The notes under the pieces are model-generated. The model searched no databases. It saw nothing but the letters and a program-made list of their open reading frames with translations, and had not been told where the DNA came from. The translations under genes were made by a program, and so were the position numbers. 64,000 nucleotides of DNA from Nitrospiraceae bacterium (lineage in GTDB: Bacteria > Nitrospirota > Nitrospiria > Nitrospirales > UBA8639), in the NCBI GenBank assembly GCA_020632635.1, contig JACKFE010000002.1, forward strand, positions 495,625 to 559,624. Direction: 5' to 3'. Positions 46,059 through 54,409 of the stretch are shown here, piece after piece (the first letter of the stretch is position 1; each line of letters starts with the position of its first letter).

Positions 46059-48167
46059 ATGACTCGATACCCCCTATGCCTGCTGACTTGTCTCTTGGCT
46101 GTCATCTGTTGGCCCCCTCACTCAAGCCTGGGTGCCATAGACGATCCCTTTACCTCCATCCAGCTGGACAAAGCCGTCCACTTTCTGGCGGCCGACGGAA
46201 GTGATGTAGAAGTCGACCCCGGCACCTACAACGTGGAACCCGCAGAAGAGTGGGTTCGATTGGTTCCCGAGAAACGTCGAGATGCGGTCCTCATCGAAGC
46301 GAAGGAGCGGACTCATCCCCTTACCCTTGAGCATCCCTTGGCTATGGCCTTTTCCGGGAACGCTCCCGATGAAGCCGATCATCAGTATGTGATGCTCTTG
46401 TTACCAGGTGGACGGAGCTTGGAAGCCACAGGCACTTACAGTGGAGTCCGCCCCAGAGGGTTCAATCTCGGACAAGCGTTTAACAACGCAAAAAACACGG
46501 CGACTAATGCCTATAACCAAGCCAAATCGACTGCCAATCAAGCGGCCAAAAACGCCGCCAATGCGGCACAACAGGCGGGGCAACAGGCTCAAGAAACCGC
46601 ACAACAAGCAGCTCAACAAGGCCAACAGGCTGCCCAGCAAGCCCAACAGAGAGCCCGGCAGGCGGCTTCGCAGGTGCAACAAGGGATGCAGCAGGGCATG
46701 CAAGACGCGCAAGCGGCAGCGTTGCGTGCGAAACGAGCAGTCGAACAAGGAGCCCGACAAGCCGGTCAGGCCATTGGAGGGGCCATTCAAACTCAAGTCA
46801 ACAATCTCAAAAACAATCCCATGGTCGCCCAACTGGAAAGCGAAATTCAAACCTTGGAGGCAGTCAGAAAGCTCAACCTGGACCCCCTGTTCACTTGTCT
46901 CCGGCAACAATCGGGACAGGGTGCTGCGAACGTACCGCAATTGGTGCAGCGATTTGCCACCAGTCCGCCGGCATTCGCTAACTGGCTTTTTCAAGAGGTC
47001 ATGCAAGAGTGGGAACGGAGCTTTGGGGAGATCATGGCCGAACAACTGCAAACCCTTCGGAATCCCTCCCGCACTGCGCCACAAGGACCGGAAGTGATCG
47101 CCATGGCCTTTCGATCTCTCGAAAAATTAGCCAACAAGGGCCCAGGGGGGCGCTGCCTCATGCAGTTCGTCCGGCCCCACCTGCAGGCGATCCAAGCCAC
47201 ATCTGGACAACTTCAACAGACGATCCAGGCTCAAGGACAACGCATGTTTGACAACCAGGTAGCGCCCATTCTGTATGGGAGCTTGAGTAAACAAATTGGA
47301 GACCTGGTGTCTGCGGCCTTAACCCTGACACCACAAGACATCGCCCGCGCCAAGACCCAATCAAGAGGCATCCCGCTGCAACAACGAGGGACAGCCGATG
47401 GCGGAACGACCTTCAATGGCATCGTGAGCCGAGGGTTTTCCGGAGAAGATGCCAAGGCCCTCTTGGGGGAGATCGTTCCCGGCTTAGGCGACATCATCGA
47501 CATCAAAAATGCGGTATTGGCCGACCAATTACTAAACCCCCGTGAGTTGTCCAGAGCGGCCTCCCAGGTTGAGTCCCTGACGAAATTCCTCAATAACCCT
47601 ACACAACGCCAACAGGCCTTGACCGGTGTCCGGACGGCCTTGGATCCCAACACGCCATGGACGGAATCCTTGTACATCGACATCGGCATGGAGATTATCC
47701 GGGTGGTGGGGAAAAACTACATCGATAGCGAATTACCGGGAGGCGGGAGTTTTCTCATTCGATCGGGAGTGGAACTGCTGGACTTCGGCGAACAAACCGT
47801 GGGGACTGTCGTCCAAAGCGCCGCGGGCCTCGTTCCTGAAGTCGGTGGAATCGTATCCGGCATCGCCAAAGTCACGCCGGACGTCATCTGGAAATTGACC
47901 ATTAACAATCTGATCGTAGGCAGTGTCAAAGCCGGAGCCCATTATGCCTATGGCAAAGTCATCGATGAGGCCAAGAATGCATTGAAAAACAACCAAACCT
48001 ACGCCGCCATTCAACGTCATGCCGGGCCGTTATCAGCACTGCTCCGGTATTTACCCTCGAAACAGCAAATTATTCTTTTGGCCAGTACTCATACGGAGGA
48101 CACCCGCAAAGCCTTGGAACGCTACAACCGCAGCGTGCTGCAACTGGCCGAAGCCGCCGCTCGGTAA
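46059..48167 (+). CDS. Secreted protein with the shared N-terminal module, a Q/A-rich helical region and a large C-terminal domain
   Basis: ATG at 46059 lies ~10 nt after GGAG. Signal peptide MTRYPLCLLTCLLAVICWPPHSSLGA. The module ends LLLPGGRSLEATGTYSGVRPRG. AAQQAGQQAQETAQQAAQQGQQAAQQAQQ. Confidence 0.8.
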   Translation: MTRYPLCLLTCLLAVICWPPHSSLGAIDDPFTSIQLDKAVHFLAADGSDVEVDPGTYNVEPAEEWVRLVPEKRRDAVLIEAKERTHPLTLEHPLAMAFSGNAPDEADHQYVMLLLPGGRSLEATGTYSGVRPRGFNLGQAFNNAKNTATNAYNQAKSTANQAAKNAANAAQQAGQQAQETAQQAAQQGQQAAQQAQQRARQAASQVQQGMQQGMQDAQAAALRAKRAVEQGARQAGQAIGGAIQTQVNNLKNNPMVAQLESEIQTLEAVRKLNLDPLFTCLRQQSGQGAANVPQLVQRFATSPPAFANWLFQEVMQEWERSFGEIMAEQLQTLRNPSRTAPQGPEVIAMAFRSLEKLANKGPGGRCLMQFVRPHLQAIQATSGQLQQTIQAQGQRMFDNQVAPILYGSLSKQIGDLVSAALTLTPQDIARAKTQSRGIPLQQRGTADGGTTFNGIVSRGFSGEDAKALLGEIVPGLGDIIDIKNAVLADQLLNPRELSRAASQVESLTKFLNNPTQRQQALTGVRTALDPNTPWTESLYIDIGMEIIRVVGKNYIDSELPGGGSFLIRSGVELLDFGEQTVGTVVQSAAGLVPEVGGIVSGIAKVTPDVIWKLTINNLIVGSVKAGAHYAYGKVIDEAKNALKNNQTYAAIQRHAGPLSALLRYLPSKQQIILLASTHTEDTRKALERYNRSVLQLAEAAAR

Positions 48168-48218
48168 CACCAAAAAGAGCAAAAGGCAATCAGATTCCTC
48201 GCACCACAAGGAGGCCTT

Positions 48219-50288
48219 ATGAAATTCAAAAAACATACGATCGTATTATCCATGGCCGTGGCGATTCTCGCCTCCTCTATAATAAGCATTGCCCCGGCCC
48301 TAGCCGGTACGATCATTACCTTGGAGCAACCCGTCCACTTTCTGAATGCGGAGGGCAGCGACATCATCCTCGAAGCCGGACAGTATGAACTGGCCTCAGC
48401 CGATGCATGGCTACGCGTAACCCCGAGCGACGGACAAGCCGTCGATGCGCTTCTTTTGGAAGCCGTGACCGCACCACATGAGGAAGCGGTCACGGAACCA
48501 TCGGCCCTTTCGGTCCAAGGAGAACAGGCGGATCGCCATCATTTAGTCTTGTTGTTGCCGGACGGCAAACAACTGGAAGCCGTCGGCACGTATTCCGGCA
48601 TCCGTCCACGAGGAGGGTTACGGACTCTTTCTCCCGCCCGCCGAACGCTCGCACTGAACCAGGCCTCATCTTCCACAAGCCCGAAAGTTTCGTCGAGTAC
48701 GCCGACCATAAACCAAGGACAACTGAGCATCCAACCGGGGCCGAGACTGGGAGGCGGCATCAATGTTCCTCAGCCTCCTCTCCAGACAACCGGGAAACCC
48801 GTGCCGAATCCCCCGATTCTCGTTAGTCCGACAGAAAATTTCGAAATTACCGGTTCCGCCTCCCCACAAAAATATTTCACCTGGCATCCCCCAACGTCAG
48901 GTCCAGGCATCTCGTCCTATCGATTTAAAATGGAGGAGGCCGATAATCCCTCAGGCTATGTCTTGGGTCCGACGCCGGTTCCGGCGACATCGGGGACCAC
49001 CATTGCCACATCCCAAATCATTTCGTATCAGTATCGGGGCAAGCGGATACGATGGAGCGTTCAAGCCTGCACCTCGGATGGCCAATGCAGTGCTCCGGCT
49101 TCCCGGATTCTGGTGTGGTCCACAGGACTTCGCCCCCCGCAATTACGTTTTCCTGAATCCGGAGCCACGGTCACCACCTTACAACCCCGCCTTGAATGGT
49201 CGGAGGTTCGCGAGGCGACGTATTATTTGGTGTGCGTCTCTAAGCCGGGAGTCCAATGCCCATCACGCGAGACCGCGCCTGGCAGCAATCCCCATTCCGT
49301 CGTCATCAAAAGGATTGGTCCGTCGAACACGGTGGCTGCGCCGGACCTCACCCAGTTTTTCGGAGAACAGATGAATTGGACAGTGTCCGCCTGCACCACC
49401 GATGGGAACTGCGCCATCCAACCTCAAGTCCGGCCTATCACGATCGCTCAAGCGCCAACCCTACGCAACGGTGGCATCACGTTACGTCCTAGCCGGGCAT
49501 TCGAATGGGTCTCCAACTCCAACGCACCGCAATTCAAACTGTGTGTCTTTACGCAGGGAACCGCCTGTGCGGCTTCCGGAAATCTATTGGAACAAGACGT
49601 AAGCCGGAACAATGGTAAGTTACAGACCGATATTCCCATCCTGAATCAGCTACGATCAATGGCGGGAAAGGGGGTACGGTGGCAAGTCGCGGCCTGTACC
49701 CCCAGGAAATGTCTTTGGTCCACCCCCGCGACCGTATACATCCCGGAATCCGTGTGGCGGGTCATATTCAGCGTCCGGTATATCGACCTCTTTCATGATT
49801 GTGATGAGGCCAGCCCAGGCGACTTAAAGTTTTCATTCCGGGCAAGCATCAGTCCAGAGAATGGCTACTACGAACGCACGTCCGTGAGTAATTTCGACTT
49901 CGGCAATTATAACAATTTCGAATCGGGAACCCAGATTTACGTTGGAAGGCCATTCGCCACCCTTCCCGAGGCCATCCCAGGCGATGAGATCTCGGTGTGG
50001 GGCGTAGCCTATGATTGCGATCGAGCATCCTGTGGTGAAGAAGTGGTCGAGCTACTGACCACCGGGAGCGACGACAAACTTGGAGACATCCCACGTAGGA
50101 ACTGGAAAAGTCATCGGACCGACTCAGCGAGTCCGCTGGGCTGGCTGGAGAGCGATAACTTGCTCGAAATCCAAAGCCGCAACACCAGTTGCTATGCCCT
50201 GATCCAAGGATTACGAGGAACCGATCAAGGACGCTTTGACCATACGTTTTCCGTCTTCTACGAAGTGCAAAAGACAAAAATCTGGTAG
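48219..50288 (+). CDS. Secreted protein with the shared N-terminal module, three Cys-containing ~90-aa repeats and an unknown C-terminal domain
   Basis: Signal peptide (…IISIAPALAG). The module ends LLLPDGKQLEAVGTYSGIRPRG. Repeats carry RWSVQACTSDGQC, NWTVSACTTDGNC and RWQVAACTPRKC. Confidence 0.8.
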   Translation: MKFKKHTIVLSMAVAILASSIISIAPALAGTIITLEQPVHFLNAEGSDIILEAGQYELASADAWLRVTPSDGQAVDALLLEAVTAPHEEAVTEPSALSVQGEQADRHHLVLLLPDGKQLEAVGTYSGIRPRGGLRTLSPARRTLALNQASSSTSPKVSSSTPTINQGQLSIQPGPRLGGGINVPQPPLQTTGKPVPNPPILVSPTENFEITGSASPQKYFTWHPPTSGPGISSYRFKMEEADNPSGYVLGPTPVPATSGTTIATSQIISYQYRGKRIRWSVQACTSDGQCSAPASRILVWSTGLRPPQLRFPESGATVTTLQPRLEWSEVREATYYLVCVSKPGVQCPSRETAPGSNPHSVVIKRIGPSNTVAAPDLTQFFGEQMNWTVSACTTDGNCAIQPQVRPITIAQAPTLRNGGITLRPSRAFEWVSNSNAPQFKLCVFTQGTACAASGNLLEQDVSRNNGKLQTDIPILNQLRSMAGKGVRWQVAACTPRKCLWSTPATVYIPESVWRVIFSVRYIDLFHDCDEASPGDLKFSFRASISPENGYYERTSVSNFDFGNYNNFESGTQIYVGRPFATLPEAIPGDEISVWGVAYDCDRASCGEEVVELLTTGSDDKLGDIPRRNWKSHRTDSASPLGWLESDNLLEIQSRNTSCYALIQGLRGTDQGRFDHTFSVFYEVQKTKIW

Positions 50289-50341
50289 AGCCATGTGGAA
50301 AATCGGGAATGCATAATCACCCACAAGGGGGACTTGGGACA

Positions 50342-52495
50342 ATGAACATACTGTTAATTCTTCTATTCATGGGCCTGCTCACTAGCGTAAGTGTAGCGGA
50401 ACAAGTTCCCATACAAGACCCTGTTGTCGTTCAATTTACTCAGCCCGTATTCTTTGTGAGTCCCGACGGAACACCCTATCTCGTCATGCCCGATACTTAT
50501 ACGGTGGAGCCGGCGCATCCCTGGCTGCGACTCATTCCAGCAGAACGGAAAGACGCCATTCTCATTGAAGCGGCCACAATCAACCATGAGGAATCTCTAC
50601 AAACTCAGACAGCGGTGATCATCGAATCTGAAACGGGGAAGATACATCTCTTGCTGCTGTTCCCTGATGGAAAAGCGCTGGAGGCGAGAGGATCTTCCAG
50701 CGGAATTCAATCGCGAGCAATCTTGCGGGCAACGCTGTCACAAAGACAAATTCAGCAGGCTTTGACGGCAAAACGTCCCTCCAGCCCTAAGCTCTCTTTT
50801 TCCCCCGTTCCCTCAACATCCAAGCCCACGGTCACGCCCCAACTTCCGGGCAATCCTCAAGTCCAGGTTCAGGGAAGCCCGCCGGTTCCCGTACTGGATC
50901 AACCGGCACCGAATGCTTCTCTCGCCAATCCCGCGTTGTCATTTCGATGGCATCCGCCCTCCACGAATCCTGCCCAAACCCGGTACGAATTATGTGTGGC
51001 TGAAGCTGGCACGGTGTGCGGAGCCGCTCAGACGTCTATCGTATTCAAGACAGTGGAAGCTGCAGCGCAGGCGGGAACCGCTCAATATGAATTGGGAATC
51101 GAACCGCCTGCTGGGTCAGCCCAAAACACAACCGGCACCCCGATCACCATCAACCGGTATGATGTCACACTACCGATTCGGTTCCAGGGAAAACGTCTCC
51201 ACTGGTTAATCAGAGCCTGTGCTCCCAATCCGAATAAACTCGTTCTAGGAGGGGGAATAGCGGAAAGCTGTTCACAGTCGAGCCAAAGAACACTTCAATG
51301 GCCACTGCCCCCACCCAAACTTGAGGAACCAGGGATGAACAGTGTCCTGGAGACACTTCGTCCGACATTCCATTGGGGATATGATGCCCTCCAAGGAGTT
51401 GACTATTTTTTATTGTGTCTCTCCAAACCAGGCATCGCATGCCCTAAACAAGCCACGACAACGGACACTACCCTAGTGGTTCAAGTGCCTGTCAATATAA
51501 GCCAATCGCCAAGATCATACAGCCCATCGAGCGACTGGACATTCTTGAGAAACGGACCCTTTCATTGGACCGTCGCAGCCTGTAACCGCACGTTTGGCTG
51601 TCTCTACCAACAGGCTGTGCGCCAAATCTCCCTGGCAAAGCCAGCCGCTCCCATCCTGATCAGCCCGGCTCCAACCGTCGCACTGGGGCTCACGAATTAT
51701 TATTCCAACGGTAATCCACGATCGGAACATCCTGTATCATTCGCGTGGCAATCCGTTCCCAAGGCCAGTCTGTATAGCATTTGTCTCGCACCAATGGGCC
51801 AACCCTGTGGTCCACCTCCCGGTCCCGCGCCTGAGAGTTCGGGAATGATGTTCCGCTCCGGGACAACTCCAGGCACCAATCTCACCCTCCAACTTCCCAA
51901 CGATTTGTGGTGGGATCACGAACAAGGGACTCGATTCCAATGGACCGTATCGGCCTGTAACAGCGTTGGAGTCTGCACGGCCTCCTCACCCCGCCCGGTT
52001 CAATTCAAAGTTTCGATCCATAGCTTTGCCAATCTCTATCCCACGTTTCAATCCAGCCAGTGCACGAATTGTCACGGCATGGCCAATCACAATGCCAAAT
52101 ATCAGCAACATGTCAGTGCAGGCCGATTTCCAGCCGGAACCAATCCCACGACCGGAACGATTTGCGCCAATTGTCACACGGCGGAACGGGGCTTTGCCGA
52201 CGGGTGGAGAGCCCCCTCGGCAAGCTTGGACTTCACCGGCAAAACGTTCGGTGAGACCTGTTCCATGATTCGACACGGAGCCACTTACACACAAAAGGGG
52301 ATGAAACAGCATCTTCTGACAGACGAGCTGGTAACCTGGGCGGTCAGGCATTTACCGGGGAATCCGGTTGTCAATCTCGCATTGTGGGTCCAACGAGTTA
52401 CCAATTGGCTCTCCAAGGCCAATGATTACGAATACCCGTCGGGACGTCCGGAACCGTACACGGTGCGCTGCGGTTCACTGCCAATCGGGGAATAA
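50342..52495 (+). CDS. Secreted protein with the shared N-terminal module, Cys-containing repeats and a C-terminal domain with two CxxCH heme-binding motifs
   Basis: ATG at 50342 (alternative 50309). Signal peptide MNILLILLFMGLLTSVSVAEQ. The module ends LLLFPDGKALEARGSSSGIQSRA. Repeats: HWLIRACAPN, HWTVAACNRTFGC, QWTVSACNSVGVC. Heme motifs: CTNCHG and CANCHT. Confidence 0.8.
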   Translation: MNILLILLFMGLLTSVSVAEQVPIQDPVVVQFTQPVFFVSPDGTPYLVMPDTYTVEPAHPWLRLIPAERKDAILIEAATINHEESLQTQTAVIIESETGKIHLLLLFPDGKALEARGSSSGIQSRAILRATLSQRQIQQALTAKRPSSPKLSFSPVPSTSKPTVTPQLPGNPQVQVQGSPPVPVLDQPAPNASLANPALSFRWHPPSTNPAQTRYELCVAEAGTVCGAAQTSIVFKTVEAAAQAGTAQYELGIEPPAGSAQNTTGTPITINRYDVTLPIRFQGKRLHWLIRACAPNPNKLVLGGGIAESCSQSSQRTLQWPLPPPKLEEPGMNSVLETLRPTFHWGYDALQGVDYFLLCLSKPGIACPKQATTTDTTLVVQVPVNISQSPRSYSPSSDWTFLRNGPFHWTVAACNRTFGCLYQQAVRQISLAKPAAPILISPAPTVALGLTNYYSNGNPRSEHPVSFAWQSVPKASLYSICLAPMGQPCGPPPGPAPESSGMMFRSGTTPGTNLTLQLPNDLWWDHEQGTRFQWTVSACNSVGVCTASSPRPVQFKVSIHSFANLYPTFQSSQCTNCHGMANHNAKYQQHVSAGRFPAGTNPTTGTICANCHTAERGFADGWRAPSASLDFTGKTFGETCSMIRHGATYTQKGMKQHLLTDELVTWAVRHLPGNPVVNLALWVQRVTNWLSKANDYEYPSGRPEPYTVRCGSLPIGE

Positions 52496-52574
52496 ACAGA
52501 CAGAGAATCAGAGGAGAAAACCCAGGTACGACAACAAAAATCTCAATACACCTTGATTTAGGGAGGGCGAAATC

Positions 52575-53543
52575 ATGCAAATTCCCAAATGTAAAATTCT
52601 GTTAATGATAGCCGGAACATTAATGGGTTGGTGGCTGGCAGGCCTCGCCCCAGCCTTGGCCGACACCACCGTGACCTTGGAGCAACCCATTCACTTTTTG
52701 AATGCCGAAGGCAGTGACATCGTCCTCGATGCCGGACAGTATGAACTCGCGTCAACCGATACCTGGCTGCGCGTGACTCCGAGCGAAGGGCAAGCGGTCG
52801 ATGCGCTGCTCTTGGAAGCCCAAGCAGCCACCCATGATGAGTCGCTCACCGAACCACTGGCGGTTTCCGCGCAAGGCGAATCGCCAGATGTGCACCACCT
52901 GGCCCTGTTGCTGCCGGGCGGGAAACGATTGGAGGCCATTGGAACCTACAGCGGCCTCCGATCAAGAGGCACGTTTTCGTTGCTAACGATTCAGCGATTA
53001 AGAACCTTGAGTTCAACCTCACAAAGCACGACACCGACTGAATATTCTACTCCCCTATTTGGTGGGTCGGGAGGCACCCGGAGCTATAACCTGGATTGCG
53101 GTACCCAATCCGTCCTTGTGGGAGTGGTTTACAAGTCTGGGATGTGGCTTGATGCCATTGGGAGTATTTGTCAGCAAATCAATCCCCAAACCGGCGCCTT
53201 AGGAAATGAGTTTACCAGAGGGCCAGTTGGGGGAAGTGGGGGAATTGCCAAGATAGCCCGATGTAACAACGGCCAGGTTGTTCAGGGGTTCAAGGCCCGT
53301 TCGGGCCAGTTCGTCCATGGTGGGAGCCTACTCTGCAGTCCATGGGACCAGGCAGCCAAGGCACCCCAATACTCGGAATGTTTCGCCGGCTGCCCTTTAG
53401 GGAGGTTCAAAAGCTTCGGAGCCGGTGGTACTCAATCTGACATATTTTTCTGCCCAAGCGGAAAGGCCGGGAAGGCTTTTCGCGGAAAATATGGGTGGTA
53501 TATCGACAGCCTCCGCTTTGTGTGTGATTTATGGGATAAATAA
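52575..53543 (+). CDS. Secreted protein with the shared N-terminal module and a jacalin-like lectin domain
   Basis: Signal peptide (…WWLAGLAPALADT). The module ends LLLPGGKRLEAIGTYSGLRSRG. GGSGGTRSYNLDCGTQSVLVGVVYKSGMWLDAIGSIC is similar to the N-terminal domain of gene 20556..22376. Confidence 0.8.
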   Translation: MQIPKCKILLMIAGTLMGWWLAGLAPALADTTVTLEQPIHFLNAEGSDIVLDAGQYELASTDTWLRVTPSEGQAVDALLLEAQAATHDESLTEPLAVSAQGESPDVHHLALLLPGGKRLEAIGTYSGLRSRGTFSLLTIQRLRTLSSTSQSTTPTEYSTPLFGGSGGTRSYNLDCGTQSVLVGVVYKSGMWLDAIGSICQQINPQTGALGNEFTRGPVGGSGGIAKIARCNNGQVVQGFKARSGQFVHGGSLLCSPWDQAAKAPQYSECFAGCPLGRFKSFGAGGTQSDIFFCPSGKAGKAFRGKYGWYIDSLRFVCDLWDK

Positions 53544-53592
53544 CATGGGGCGCGGCAACATCAGAAGCCAATTTCGATAGGGCCGGGGTCGA

Positions 53593-53616
53593 GGCGGACA
53601 GGGCACTCTGTCCGCC
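53593..53616 (+). terminator. GC-rich hairpin downstream of gene 52575..53543
   Basis: ggcggacag-ggcact-ctgtccgcc forms a 9-bp stem. The downstream T-run is weak. Confidence 0.4.
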
Positions 53617-53684
53617 CCGCCCGCTCTTTCCTAGGCCACCACAAAATACAGCATCTATTGCAACAAGCATAAAGGAGACCGTTC

Positions 53685-54314
53685 ATGAGAATGCCTTTTA
53701 CATTAGCCATTGGGATCTTGTGCCTGAGCATGGGAAGCCCCGGCTCAACAGGAGCTGCCCCCAATCCCGATCTAGAAGCGCTGGCTCAAGGTTCTGTGGT
53801 GCAGTTCAGCGGGACGGAGCGGATCTCCCAGCCGTTTGTGTTCGACTTGGATATCACCGCCCCTCACCCTGCCCTCGATTTTGACAATATCGTCGGGCGG
53901 CCCTTTCAGATTGCCGTAGCTCGAGGCCGGGCGGTGGCCGGGATGGTAGAACGGGTAGAACAGAGGGGAGTGTCCGGTCGACAAGGCCAGTATCGCATCC
54001 GCCTCGTGCCGGCCCCCAATTGCCCGGTCGTCTTGGGAAGCATGTGGAACGGAAAAGACCTGTCTCCCACTCAGCAGCCACCGAATAAATTCCTGTCACT
54101 GTTCCAAAGCCGTTCGACAACCGGTACGTTAAATGAAATTCTCTTCGACGCCACGCAGGACAAGGAACGGTTGATCATGCGGTCCGGCAATCAGTATCTC
54201 TCCCTGAGCCCGCAAGGCATCACCGCCTCCACAGCTATCACCGTTCCCACAACGACAGTTCCCAAGCTTCAATCTTCGCCTCGATTGAATTTTCAGAACA
54301 GGCCAAATAGGTAA
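53685..54314 (+). CDS. Signal-peptide-bearing miniature VgrG-like protein (N-terminal gp27-like start fused to a gp5 OB-end/needle-start segment)
   Basis: Signal peptide MRMPFTLAIGILCLSMGSPGSTGAAP. VQFSGTERISQPFVFDLDITAP...IVGRPFQIAV...GQYRIRLVPAP matches the VgrG N-terminus pattern. It is followed directly by PVVLGSMWNGKDLSP...LNEILFDATQDKERLIM, matching the PxVxGSLWNG...NExxFDDxxGxE block. Confidence 0.6.
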   Translation: MRMPFTLAIGILCLSMGSPGSTGAAPNPDLEALAQGSVVQFSGTERISQPFVFDLDITAPHPALDFDNIVGRPFQIAVARGRAVAGMVERVEQRGVSGRQGQYRIRLVPAPNCPVVLGSMWNGKDLSPTQQPPNKFLSLFQSRSTTGTLNEILFDATQDKERLIMRSGNQYLSLSPQGITASTAITVPTTTVPKLQSSPRLNFQNRPNR

Positions 54315-54409
54315 ACCAAATGCGTCAGGCTCCCTCCCCCTCTAATATAACGCTCCCCATACCTGCCATTATGAGAAGGGAGACGTAGTCTTTAAAGGAG
54401 GTTAATGCC

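Noticed and set aside
46401-47097. Paired 227/229-aa ORFs on both strands (46401..47084 -, 46408..47097 +)
   Set aside because: They lie within the Q/A-rich helical region of gene 46059..48167. They are low-complexity artefacts with no independent support.
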